Source of the DNA: Thermoplasmata archaeon
GTDB taxonomy: Archaea > Thermoplasmatota > Thermoplasmata > Lutacidiplasmatales > UBA184
DNA: 64,000 nucleotides
Direction: 5' to 3'
Assembly: GCA_021798195.1 (NCBI GenBank)
Contig: JAJZYH010000001.1
Span: 4,351 to 68,350, forward strand
Part shown: positions 25,866 to 33,988 of the stretch, piece by piece
Position numbering within the stretch: position 1 is the stretch's first letter
Layout of the letters: every line of letters starts with the position of its first letter
Made by a program: the position numbers and the translations under genes
Notes under the pieces: model-generated
The model's database searches: none
Told to the model about the DNA's origin: nothing
Seen by the model: the letters and a program-made list of their open reading frames with translations, nothing else

Positions 25866-27110
25866 GGCTTTGGCACGAAACCTCATCAAATACCCCCGTA
25901 GGTTACCCATCTTGCCGACACATGCGGGCTATTTCCTTCCAACATCAAAGTCCGGACGGGCTGGAACGGACTCTTTCCGACACCCGGTCGATGGTACGCC
26001 ATCTGCTCGCCGTCGCATTGAAGGAGCGAGTCACATCGGCCATCGCCCTTCGGAAGCGGACCAAGGAGTGGTTTCGCACGTCGTGGCGTCACCGATACGC
26101 CGCGTCCTACCACGAGTCGGCCTGTTCGACGGCGATGGGAATCGCCCGCTCCTACCTTCGCCTGAAACGAACCGGGGTCCGGGTCGGAGAACCCCGTGCG
26201 AACCGGCTCCGCATCACCCTCCACCAGAGCCTCTCCCGCATCAAGGACGGGGCACTCCGGGTCACGGTGCGGCCCGGGGTGTACCTCTACTTCCCTCTTG
26301 CCGATGCGGTGAGACACAAACACAAGCGCTGGCCGGAATGGTCGGTTCACAAGCTCGGAGAGGTCACGCTCACCAAACGGTCGGTCGTCCTGCCGTTCCA
26401 AGTGCCCGAGGAACCCAAGCGAACGGCGGAGGCCACCGTCGGCATCGACCTCAACCTTCGGCACGCGGATATGCTTTCGGATGCGATGTCCGAGCGAGTT
26501 CCCTTGGACCGACTGGCAAATGCCCAGTCCCGATTCCAGCGGCTCCGCGAATCCGTGCAACGGAGAATGCCGAAGAACCTCCAACGGCAACGCCGCGTGC
26601 TTCGCCATCATCGAAACCGTCAGCGGAACGTCGTGACCGACATGGTGCGGAAGGACGTCGCTCCGGAAATCGTGAAACTCGCCGGCGGGCGCAATATCGC
26701 TTTCGAGGACCTCTCGAAGATGCCGAGAGGGAATGGGCCGAGCCGAGACCTGAGACGAAAGCTCTCCCGTTGGACCTGCGGGCTCCTCCAACGGGAAGTC
26801 GAACGAAGGAGCCCGGCGCGTATCGTGTACGTGAACCCGAAGGGGACCTCCCAGGAGTGTCCCCGGTGCGGTGGGAAAGTGAGCCACCCTGCGTGGAGAA
26901 AAGCACGATGCGCGAACTGCGGAGACTTCGACCGCGACCGCATGGCGTCGGCAAACATCATGTCGCGCGGTCATCGTCTCCTTTGGGGACAACCGCTTGC
27001 CCCGAGTGCCCGAGCCTCTGCGGCGGAGCTGGCCCGGTGGACTCCCGAAAGGGACTCCGAAGGGCCGACGCGACCGAAGCCGTACGACGGGTAGGTTTTG
27101 TGCCAAAGCG
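25866..27110 (+). mobile_element. IS200/IS605-family (IS1341-like, tnpB-only) insertion sequence, about 1.25 kb
   Basis: A single intact tnpB is flanked by about 17-bp imperfect inverted repeats (ggctttggcacgaaacc at about 25866-25882; ggttttgtgccaaagcg at about 27094-27110; 15/17 match). These are bracketed by an identical 9-bp direct repeat gccctatcc (about 25857-25865 and 27111-27119). The left end has locally lower GC. Coordinates are +/-1-2 nt. Confidence 0.65.
25922..27094 (+). CDS. tnpB: TnpB (IS605 OrfB family RuvC-like RNA-guided endonuclease/transposase accessory protein)
   Basis: RuvC-I TVGIDLNLRH (D); RuvC-II IAFEDLSKMP (E); zinc finger CPRCGG...CANCG; RuvC-III GDFDRDRMASANIM (D). 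390 aa, apparently intact. Confidence 0.9.
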   Translation: MRAISFQHQSPDGLERTLSDTRSMVRHLLAVALKERVTSAIALRKRTKEWFRTSWRHRYAASYHESACSTAMGIARSYLRLKRTGVRVGEPRANRLRITLHQSLSRIKDGALRVTVRPGVYLYFPLADAVRHKHKRWPEWSVHKLGEVTLTKRSVVLPFQVPEEPKRTAEATVGIDLNLRHADMLSDAMSERVPLDRLANAQSRFQRLRESVQRRMPKNLQRQRRVLRHHRNRQRNVVTDMVRKDVAPEIVKLAGGRNIAFEDLSKMPRGNGPSRDLRRKLSRWTCGLLQREVERRSPARIVYVNPKGTSQECPRCGGKVSHPAWRKARCANCGDFDRDRMASANIMSRGHRLLWGQPLAPSARASAAELARWTPERDSEGPTRPKPYDG

Positions 27111-27119
27111 GCCCTATCC
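27111..27119. repeat. Right copy of 9-bp direct repeat gccctatcc; contains the TAG stop codon (minus strand) of the ClC gene
   Basis: Identical 9-mer. ClC ends ...PEDPKG* with the stop at 27114-27116. Confidence 0.55.
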
Positions 27120-29099
27120 CTTGGGGTCCTCAGGGGCCGGAGCCGGCGCCACCGGGGCTCCCGAGCTCCCCGGCGCATCGGGCGGCGACGCGGAGGCAGG
27201 TCTTGCCGAGGCCGTGGGCTTTTCGGATCCGGGGCTCGGTGCCGGCGTGGGGGAGGACCGTGGGGGTCGGGACGGCCGGTGGGCCCACCACCCGCGGAGC
27301 CGGGCGAGTCCGGAGCCCTCCTGGAGGACGAAATCCTCCTCCGCTTTGCGGCGGGTCGCCTCCAGGAGGTCGGTGCGGGAAACGTACCCCAGGAGGGACC
27401 CGTGGGCATCCATCACGAGGAGGTAGGGGACCTTCCGGAGCACCAGGGTCGAATACGCCGCGTAGGCGGTGGCGTCGGGCGGTATGGTGACGAAGTTCGG
27501 GTCCGCGATCTCCCGGATGGGCCGTTCGGGGTGCCCCTGGTCCACCAGCTCCCGGTAGATCCTCTCGCGGTCCACCATCCCCATGACCCTCGACCCGTCG
27601 AGGACGGGGAGGCGCTTCAGGCGGAAGGCGGGGTCCCCGGGACGCTGAAAGCGGCGATAGAGCTCCAGAACCGTCGCATCGGCGCTCACGGTGACGACGC
27701 GGTCGCTCATGATCTCCCGGACGCGCCGCAATCGGAGGGGATTGTACTCGTAGATGTGGCGGATGGCGTAGCCCCGTTCCTTCAAGCGCTCGGTCATGAT
27801 GGTCTCCGGGAGCATGTACTCCGCCAGCAACTCGGCCACGAAGACGGTCACGAAGATGGGGACCACCACGTCGAAGTCCCGGGTGACCTCCAGCGCGAAG
27901 ACGCTGGAGGCCATGGGAGCCCGGGCCGCCGCCCCGAACACCGCCGCCATCGCCGCCACGGCGAAGACCTCCGGCAGGGGAGACCCCGGGGCGAACAGGT
28001 CGAACCCGTAGCCGATCCCGTATCCGAAGGCTCCCCCCACCAGGAAGAGGGGAGCGAGGGTGCCCCCGGAGGTCTGGGAGCCCATGGCGAGGAGCCACGC
28101 GAGGAGCTTCGCCCCGATGAGGAGGAGGACGAGGGTGATGGCCAGCCGGCCCACGAGCACATCGTCGATGACGTTGTAGCCCACGCCCAGGATGTCCGGC
28201 ACGAGGAACCCCAGGATCCCCACGGCGAGCCCGCCCAGGACGGGCAGCCAGGGCTGCCCCATGGGCAGCCGGAGGAACGCCCTCTCCGACGCGTACAGGG
28301 CCCGGGTCACGCCCACCGCGAGCAATCCGCAGGCGATGCCCAACAGGATGAACAGGGGGAGGGCCGCGAGGCTTCCCACCGGATAGGATGGGGTGGGGAA
28401 CAGGGGCTGGGGGCTGATGAGGAGGAAATGCATCCCCGCCCCCACGGCGGATCCCAGGGCGATGGGGATCAGCGATCGCACGCGGAACTCGAACAGGAGG
28501 AGTTCCACCACGAGGAGCACCGCCGAGATGGGCGTCCCGAAGATGGCCGCCATCCCGGCCGCGGCACCGGTGGCCACGAGGATCCGCCTCTCGGAGGGAG
28601 TGACGGTCAGGAGCTGCCCCACGTAGGAGCCGAACGCCCCTCCGGTCTGGATGATGGGGCCCTCCACACCGAAGGGCTGCCCCAGGCCGATGGTGAACAC
28701 GCTGGCGACGGCCTTGAGGATCCCCACCTTGGGCGCGATGCGGCTTTCCCGGGTGACCACCGCCTCCATGGTCTCGGGGATCCCGTGCCCCACGATCTTC
28801 GGGGAACCGTACCGGATGAGGAGGCCCGCCACGAGCCCGCCCAGGGCGGGGATCAGGATCACGTAGAGGCCCAGATGGTTCCCGGCGGGGGAGACGAAGG
28901 CCGCCGAGAGGACCCCGTAGAAGGCGGCGTTGGTGAGGAGGCCGATGGCGTGGTACAGGACGAAGGCGATGAGGCCGGCCAATCCCCCGATGGCGAGGGC
29001 GCTCACCGAGAGACGGGTGATCCGAGGGTCCCCCGTGGTGTAGCCCCGAGGGTGGGGACCCTCTCGCTGGGGAGATCCCGTCACAGGGTGCTCCGGCAC
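27114..29099 (-). CDS. ClC-family chloride channel/transporter with C-terminal tandem CBS domains and a P/S/A-rich tail
   Basis: GSGIP-like GHGIPE; GREGP-like GVEGP; multiple TM helices; CBS pair (VVTVSADATVLEL... and FVTIPPDATAYAA...). The start codon is probably GTG. Confidence 0.9.
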   Translation of the reverse strand: MPEHPVTGSPQREGPHPRGYTTGDPRITRLSVSALAIGGLAGLIAFVLYHAIGLLTNAAFYGVLSAAFVSPAGNHLGLYVILIPALGGLVAGLLIRYGSPKIVGHGIPETMEAVVTRESRIAPKVGILKAVASVFTIGLGQPFGVEGPIIQTGGAFGSYVGQLLTVTPSERRILVATGAAAGMAAIFGTPISAVLLVVELLLFEFRVRSLIPIALGSAVGAGMHFLLISPQPLFPTPSYPVGSLAALPLFILLGIACGLLAVGVTRALYASERAFLRLPMGQPWLPVLGGLAVGILGFLVPDILGVGYNVIDDVLVGRLAITLVLLLIGAKLLAWLLAMGSQTSGGTLAPLFLVGGAFGYGIGYGFDLFAPGSPLPEVFAVAAMAAVFGAAARAPMASSVFALEVTRDFDVVVPIFVTVFVAELLAEYMLPETIMTERLKERGYAIRHIYEYNPLRLRRVREIMSDRVVTVSADATVLELYRRFQRPGDPAFRLKRLPVLDGSRVMGMVDRERIYRELVDQGHPERPIREIADPNFVTIPPDATAYAAYSTLVLRKVPYLLVMDAHGSLLGYVSRTDLLEATRRKAEEDFVLQEGSGLARLRGWWAHRPSRPPRSSPTPAPSPGSEKPTASARPASASPPDAPGSSGAPVAPAPAPEDPKG

Positions 29100-29263
29100 G
29101 GCGGGAGGACCATCCGCAGGGTCACCATCGGGACCGGCACACCATGAGCTCGCCCATCGGGGGCGGTTGGGCCCGGGGGGTCTGCATGGAGGTCCTCGCG
29201 AGGGCCTGTCTCCGGTTCATGCTCTCCGAAAGACCGAGGAGGGTCGCAAGGAAAATCCTCCCA

Positions 29264-29275
29264 TCGAAACGTTTC
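29264..29275. promoter_or_regulatory. Perfect 12-bp palindrome cgaaacgtttcg in the divergent ClC / HPS-RraA intergenic region
   Basis: Self-complementary 12-mer about 215 bp upstream of the HPS-RraA ATG. Candidate operator. Confidence 0.3.
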
Positions 29276-29487
29276 GGCAGGTATGCGACGTCTGCCCCAT
29301 GGCCGCGGGAACCTGCCCGGGCTTGGATCCGTCGAGTGCGGGACGGCCGCCCGGCACCCGGCGGGTCGTGGAGGGTGGGCGAGGTTCCCCGAAAGCCCCT
29401 CCCGGGGTGGGAGCTCCTCGGGGACGTGGTAGCTCGACGCCGGACCCTCCCGGAAACCCTTTGTCCTCCCACGGGTCCTTGGCGGCG

Positions 29488-30792
29488 ATGAAACTGGACC
29501 GCCCGGTGCTCCAGGTGGCGCTGGACTTCGAGAACCTCCCCCGGGCGTTGCAGGCCGCCAAGGAGGCGGTGGAGGGGGGGGCCGACTGGGTGGAGGCCGG
29601 GACGCCCCTCATCAAGAGCGAGGGCCTCGACGCGGTCCGCGAGCTCAAGAAGGCCTTCCCGGACCGCCGGATCGTGGCGGACATGAAGGTCATGGACACG
29701 GGTGCCTTCGAGGTGGAGATCGCGGCGAAGGCGGGCGCCGACATCGTTTCGGTGCTGGGGGCGAGCGACGACGACACCATCGCCGACGCGGTCCGGGCGG
29801 GCGAGAAGTACGGCGCCGAGGTGATGGTGGACCTCCTGGCCGTGGGGGATAAAGTGGCCCGCTCCCGCCGCGCCCACGAACTGGGCGCCGGACTGGTCTG
29901 CCTCCACATCGGGATCGATCAGCAGATGCGGGGCGCGAACCCGTTCGAGGAGCTCCGCCAGCTGGCCGCGGCCTCCCCCATTCCCGTGGCGGTGGCGGGG
30001 GGCCTCAACTCGGAGACGGTGGCGGACGCCGTCCGGGCCGGCGGCCAGGTCCTCATCGTGGGGGGGGCCATCACCAAGTCGCCCCAGATCGCCGACGCCA
30101 CGCGGGCCATCCAGGAGGCGATCCGGACCCGGACCGGCATCTCCACCGAGCTCTTCCACCGGTACGGGGAGACCGAGATCCGCGAGGCGTTGCTCAAGGT
30201 GAGCTCCCCCAACGTCACCGACGCGCTCCAGCGGAAGGGGGCCATGCATGGGATCCTCCCCCGCCTCCGGGACAGTACCGTGAAGATGGTGGGGACCGCG
30301 GTCACCGTCCGGGCGATGGACGGGGACTGGTCCAAGCCCGTGGAGGCCATCGACCGGGCCGGCCCGGGGGACGTGATCGTGGTGGACGCGGGAGGGGGCC
30401 CCACCGGGCTCTGGGGAGAGCTCGCCAGCTGGTCCGCGCACGTGAAGGGGGTGGCCGGCGTGGTCATCGACGGAGCCGCCCGCGATATCGACGCCATCCT
30501 GGAACTGGGCTTTCCCCTGTTCTCCCGGCACATCTCCTCCGACGCGGGGGAACCCAAGGGGCTGGGGGAGATCGGGGTGGAGGTCACCTGCGGCGGGCAA
30601 CGGGTCCGGCCGGGGGACTGGCTCATCGGGGACATGAGCGGCGTGGTGGTGATCCCCCGGGAACGGGCCCAGGAGATCGCGAACCGCGCGCTCGACGTCC
30701 TGGAGCACGAGAACCGCGTCCGGGAAGAGATCCGACGCGGGTCCACGCTGGGGAAGGTCCAGAACCTGGAGCGCTGGGAGCGGGTGGGATAA
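29488..30792 (+). CDS. Bifunctional 3-hexulose-6-phosphate synthase (OMP-decarboxylase-fold HPS) / RraA-like (ribonuclease-regulator/DlpA family) fusion protein
   Basis: N-terminus MKLDRPVLQVALDF...ADWVEAGTPLIK...VADMKVMDTG (HPS/KGPDC family). C-terminal about 220 aa ...NVTDALQRKG...GDVIVVDAGG...VVIDGAARDIDAI... (RraA/MenG-like). Confidence 0.85.
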   Translation: MKLDRPVLQVALDFENLPRALQAAKEAVEGGADWVEAGTPLIKSEGLDAVRELKKAFPDRRIVADMKVMDTGAFEVEIAAKAGADIVSVLGASDDDTIADAVRAGEKYGAEVMVDLLAVGDKVARSRRAHELGAGLVCLHIGIDQQMRGANPFEELRQLAAASPIPVAVAGGLNSETVADAVRAGGQVLIVGGAITKSPQIADATRAIQEAIRTRTGISTELFHRYGETEIREALLKVSSPNVTDALQRKGAMHGILPRLRDSTVKMVGTAVTVRAMDGDWSKPVEAIDRAGPGDVIVVDAGGGPTGLWGELASWSAHVKGVAGVVIDGAARDIDAILELGFPLFSRHISSDAGEPKGLGEIGVEVTCGGQRVRPGDWLIGDMSGVVVIPRERAQEIANRALDVLEHENRVREEIRRGSTLGKVQNLERWERVG

Positions 30793-30969
30793 CCGGGGGG
30801 GATCGCCCCAGGGCCACGTGCCTGGGCTCAGGGCAGTGCGCGCGGTGGGAGTCTCTCCGCTTCAATGCACGGAGACAAAGCAACGGCAGGATACCTTTAC
30901 TGAACCTCAACCGAAATCGAGGAGGGCCCAGAAGCCGGACACTTCCCTGGACCTCCGTTTGGCAATCCC

Positions 30970-31233
30970 ATGAGGGGGGATCTCAACCCGATCCTGGAAC
31001 GGTTCCGGCGCCCGTCCCCCCACTCCGTCCTCCGATGGGTGCTGGAAGGTTCCGGTGCGTGGTTCCACCGCCGGGACGTTCCCAATCCCCGAAGGTTGAG
31101 CGGCCCGGCGCTGTGGGCGGCCTTCCCGGAATTGGTGAGATCCGGGATCCTGGAGGCACGGGGCGAAGCAAAGGGACGAGAATACCGCCTCCGATCCGAC
31201 CTTCTCACCAAGATCTACCGAGGGATATCCTGA
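30970..31233 (+). CDS. Hypothetical small protein (87 aa), possibly DNA-binding
   Basis: ORF MRGDLNPILERFRRPSPHSVLRWVLEGSGAWFHRRDV...RSGILEARGEAKGREYRLRSDLLTKIYRGIS, preceded by a lower-GC stretch. No family recognised. Confidence 0.35.
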   Translation: MRGDLNPILERFRRPSPHSVLRWVLEGSGAWFHRRDVPNPRRLSGPALWAAFPELVRSGILEARGEAKGREYRLRSDLLTKIYRGIS

Positions 31234-31477
31234 GAACCCACGCTACCCCTTGCGGGGAGGCACGAACCTCTGGAACGATTCCCGCAGGGGCGGGCCGTCC
31301 TTCCGGTCCCGCCTTCCGTCCCAGAGGGGGCAATGTGGGTCGGAAGAGCGGAACTCGCGAGGGGGAGCGGGGGGGATGGAAGGGACGCGAGGCCGACCCT
31401 CGAGGGGAACCCCAGGAGGAAGCAGATCTCTTCCTCGGGGGGAGTGCGGTGGGATCCGTCGTTGCCCCCCGTGGGTC

Positions 31478-31485
31478 TTTATATA
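31478..31485 (+). promoter_or_regulatory. TATA box (tttatata) about 33 bp upstream of the atpK start codon
   Basis: Isolated AT-rich octamer in GC-rich context. The spacing is consistent with an archaeal promoter and a short leader. Confidence 0.5.
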
Positions 31486-31517
31486 CAGGTGGCAGTTGCG
31501 CGCGCGAGGACACGACC

Positions 31518-31748
31518 ATGGCGTATGACATCGGGAGTGCCATCCTGGCCCTGGCAGCCTCCATCGCCATCGCGGGTGGACTGATCGGAACCGGCATGGC
31601 CCAGTCGGGGATCGGGGCGGCGGGCATGGGGATCATCGCGGAGAAGCAGGAGAAGTTCGGGCAGGTGCTGTTCTTCTTCGTGATCCCGGAGACGCTCTGG
31701 ATCATCGGGTTCGTTCTGGGGATCATCCTGCTCCTCCACATCCTCTAG
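31518..31748 (+). CDS. atpK: A/V-type ATP synthase subunit K (proteolipid, single hairpin)
   Basis: 76 aa. AILALAASIAIAGGLIGTGMAQSGIGAAGMGIIAEK...FFFVIPETLWIIGFVLGIILLL, with the conserved carboxylate E in helix 2 (PETL). Confidence 0.85.
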   Translation: MAYDIGSAILALAASIAIAGGLIGTGMAQSGIGAAGMGIIAEKQEKFGQVLFFFVIPETLWIIGFVLGIILLLHIL

Positions 31749-31804
31749 AGCCCACCCCAGGAGATCGGGGCCCCACCGGAATCCGTCCCGCAGGACGCGC
31801 GAAC

Positions 31805-32365
31805 ATGACCTTGGAGAACCTCATCCGGGAGATCGAGGAGCACTCGCGCCGGGAGATCGCGGACCTCGAGGCCCGGGATGCCCAGGAGGCCGCCGCCGTG
31901 GGCGAACGGACCCGGGCGGAGATGGAGACGATCCGTTCCGAATGGTCCCGACGGGCCGAACAGGAGTCCCAGCGGGAAAGGGCCCGGATCCTGGCGGCCG
32001 CCAAGCTCCAGGGGAAACGGGAGTCCTTTGAAGCCCGGGAGAGGAGGACCGCGGCGGCCCTGGCCCGGGTCCGTGCCCTCCTGGAGGAGTTCACCCGCTC
32101 CCCCCAGTACGCGCCGCTCCTCACGAAGATGGCCGAGGCGAGCCGGGCCGCGCTGGGGGAGGACACCCGGTTCTACCTGAGGTCCCAGGACCTTCCCCTC
32201 CTGCCCGGCTCCTACTGGAGGTCGGTGGACTCGGAGCATCCCCTGGAACACGTGATGGGGGGGCTCGTGGCGGAGACCCGGGACGGACGCCGGCGGCTGA
32301 ACCTCACCTTCGACGAGATCCTCCGGCTCAAGGAGGACCAGGTCCGGGAAGTCCTGGACCGCTGA
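31805..32365 (+). CDS. atpE: A/V-type ATP synthase subunit E
   Basis: 186 aa. N-terminal charged coiled-coil (EIADLEARDAQEAAAVGERTRAEMET...) and a globular C-terminal domain. Positioned between K and C. Confidence 0.8.
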   Translation: MTLENLIREIEEHSRREIADLEARDAQEAAAVGERTRAEMETIRSEWSRRAEQESQRERARILAAAKLQGKRESFEARERRTAAALARVRALLEEFTRSPQYAPLLTKMAEASRAALGEDTRFYLRSQDLPLLPGSYWRSVDSEHPLEHVMGGLVAETRDGRRRLNLTFDEILRLKEDQVREVLDR

Positions 32366-32390
32366 GGCGGAAGCCGGAAGGGGGGACGGC

Positions 32391-33470
32391 ATGTCCATCA
32401 CTGCCACCTACGCGTCGTCCCTGGGCCGCATCAAGGCCACCGTGAATTCCTTCCTGGGACGGGAGGCGATCCAGTCCATCCTCCACGCGCGCGACGTGGC
32501 GGAGGTGGCCAAGATGCTGGAGCCCACATGGTACGGCCCCTCCATCGCCCAGGCCATGGCCACCTATCGGGGCGTGGAGGCTCTGGAGGTGGGGATCAAC
32601 CGGAAGTTCGTGGAGGTCTGCCGGTTCGCCTACGCCGTGGCCCCCTTCGCGGGCCGCCCCGTGGTGGCGAGCTACCTCAAGCGGTGGGACCTCCAGAACC
32701 TGGCCCTCATCCTTTCCGCCAAGGCCTATGGCCGCCTCGTCTCGGAGACCGACTCCTTCCTGGTCTCCGATCGCCAGACCCCCGCGTCGCTCGCGGCGGG
32801 GGTCCTTTCCCTCGACGAACTCCGGGGGCTCTTGAGCCTCCCCTCCCTCGAGGCCGTGGTGCAGCAGCTGGTGCGGTACGGCTACGGCGCCGTCCTCCTG
32901 CCCCTCCTCGACGAGTTCCAGAAGACGCACAACATGTTCCCCCTCCTCCAGGCCCTGGAACGGTACTACTACGGCCAGGTCCGGGAGGCGGCCCGCTTCT
33001 TCCAGGGGGACGAGTGGGTCGTCCGGACCTTCCTCGCGGCCGAGATCGACGCGAAGAACATCCTGGCCACGCTCAAGGGACGCGTCGCGGACCTGCGGCC
33101 GGAGGATCTCCTGGGTCTCCTGGTGGAGGGAGGTACCCTTCCCCCCCGCGTCCTGGCGGACGCCATGAACCTTCCCTCGGTGGAGGACGTGGTGAACTCC
33201 CTGGGATCCACCTATCCCGTGGCCCGGGGCCTCGACGAGTACCGGTCCGAGAAGAGCCTCGTGGGGTTCGACGTGGCCCTGCGCCGGTACCTGGTGGAGT
33301 CCAGCATGGGCCGGATGCGGCAATACCCCCTCTCGCTGGGCGGGATCTTCGCGTTCCTCCTGCGGGCCGAGGCGGAGCGGAGCGACCTGCGCCAGATCCT
33401 CTACGGGAAGGTGTACGGGTGGCCCGAGGACCGGATCGGCCGCGACCTCTGCCTCTGGGGAGCTCCCTGA
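32391..33470 (+). CDS. atpC: A/V-type ATP synthase subunit C (eukaryotic d homolog)
   Basis: 359 aa, all-helical. Matches the AtpC family pattern (SITATYASSLGRIKA...YGKVYGW). Confidence 0.85.
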   Translation: MSITATYASSLGRIKATVNSFLGREAIQSILHARDVAEVAKMLEPTWYGPSIAQAMATYRGVEALEVGINRKFVEVCRFAYAVAPFAGRPVVASYLKRWDLQNLALILSAKAYGRLVSETDSFLVSDRQTPASLAAGVLSLDELRGLLSLPSLEAVVQQLVRYGYGAVLLPLLDEFQKTHNMFPLLQALERYYYGQVREAARFFQGDEWVVRTFLAAEIDAKNILATLKGRVADLRPEDLLGLLVEGGTLPPRVLADAMNLPSVEDVVNSLGSTYPVARGLDEYRSEKSLVGFDVALRRYLVESSMGRMRQYPLSLGGIFAFLLRAEAERSDLRQILYGKVYGWPEDRIGRDLCLWGAP

Positions 33471-33621
33471 CCCATCCCCCTCGCGCGCGTCCGGGATTCT
33501 TCCCCCATCCCCCGCACGGAGAATCGCTCCGGAGCGCGCCCCAGGATGCCCCGGAATGCCTCGGGGACCGTGGAGGGGTCATCCGCAACCCCCATAAGGG
33601 CGTTTGACTGGCTCCTGCATC

Positions 33622-33912
33622 ATGGCCCCCATCGCAAGCCTCAAAGCCAACTCCAACGCCAACCTGGAAGCCAAGATCACGGCCATCTCTCCCGTGCGCC
33701 AGGTGACCACCATGCGGGGACCCTCCCAGGTGGCCGATGCGACCCTCGAGGATGAGAGCGGGACCGTGACGCTCACCCTGTGGGGGCCCGACGCCACCCG
33801 CTTCAAGGAAGGGCAGAAGGTGCGCATCGTGGATGGCTGGGTGAAGGAGTACAAGGGGAAGCTCCAGGTCTCCCCCGGCCGATCCGGCCGGATCGAGGTC
33901 CTCTCCGAGTAG
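33622..33912 (+). CDS. OB-fold nucleic-acid-binding protein (RPA/SSB-like single OB domain)
   Basis: MAPIASLKANSNANLEAKITAISPVRQVTTMRGPSQVADATLEDESGTVTLTLWGPDATRFKEGQKVRIVDGWVKEYKGKLQVS. Classic OB-fold anticodon-binding-domain-like pattern. ATG at 33622 is preferred over TTG at 33604. Confidence 0.6.
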   Translation: MAPIASLKANSNANLEAKITAISPVRQVTTMRGPSQVADATLEDESGTVTLTLWGPDATRFKEGQKVRIVDGWVKEYKGKLQVSPGRSGRIEVLSE

Positions 33913-33988
33913 TCCTTCGGAGATCCCGCCGGGGGGACGCTGCCCCCGCTCCGCACCCTTAATCGGGACGGCGCGGCTCCCGCCCGTC

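Noticed and set aside
27114-27119. Idea that the IS insertion truncated or extended the ClC C-terminus
   Set aside because: The ClC stop codon lies inside the 9-bp repeat that is present on both sides. The reconstructed empty site encodes the same C-terminus (…PEDPKG*), so the protein is unchanged by the insertion.
29122-30708. 528-aa minus-strand ORF
   Set aside because: Antisense to the HPS-RraA gene, which has clear family signatures. The minus-strand translation is His/Pro/Gly/Arg-rich noise.
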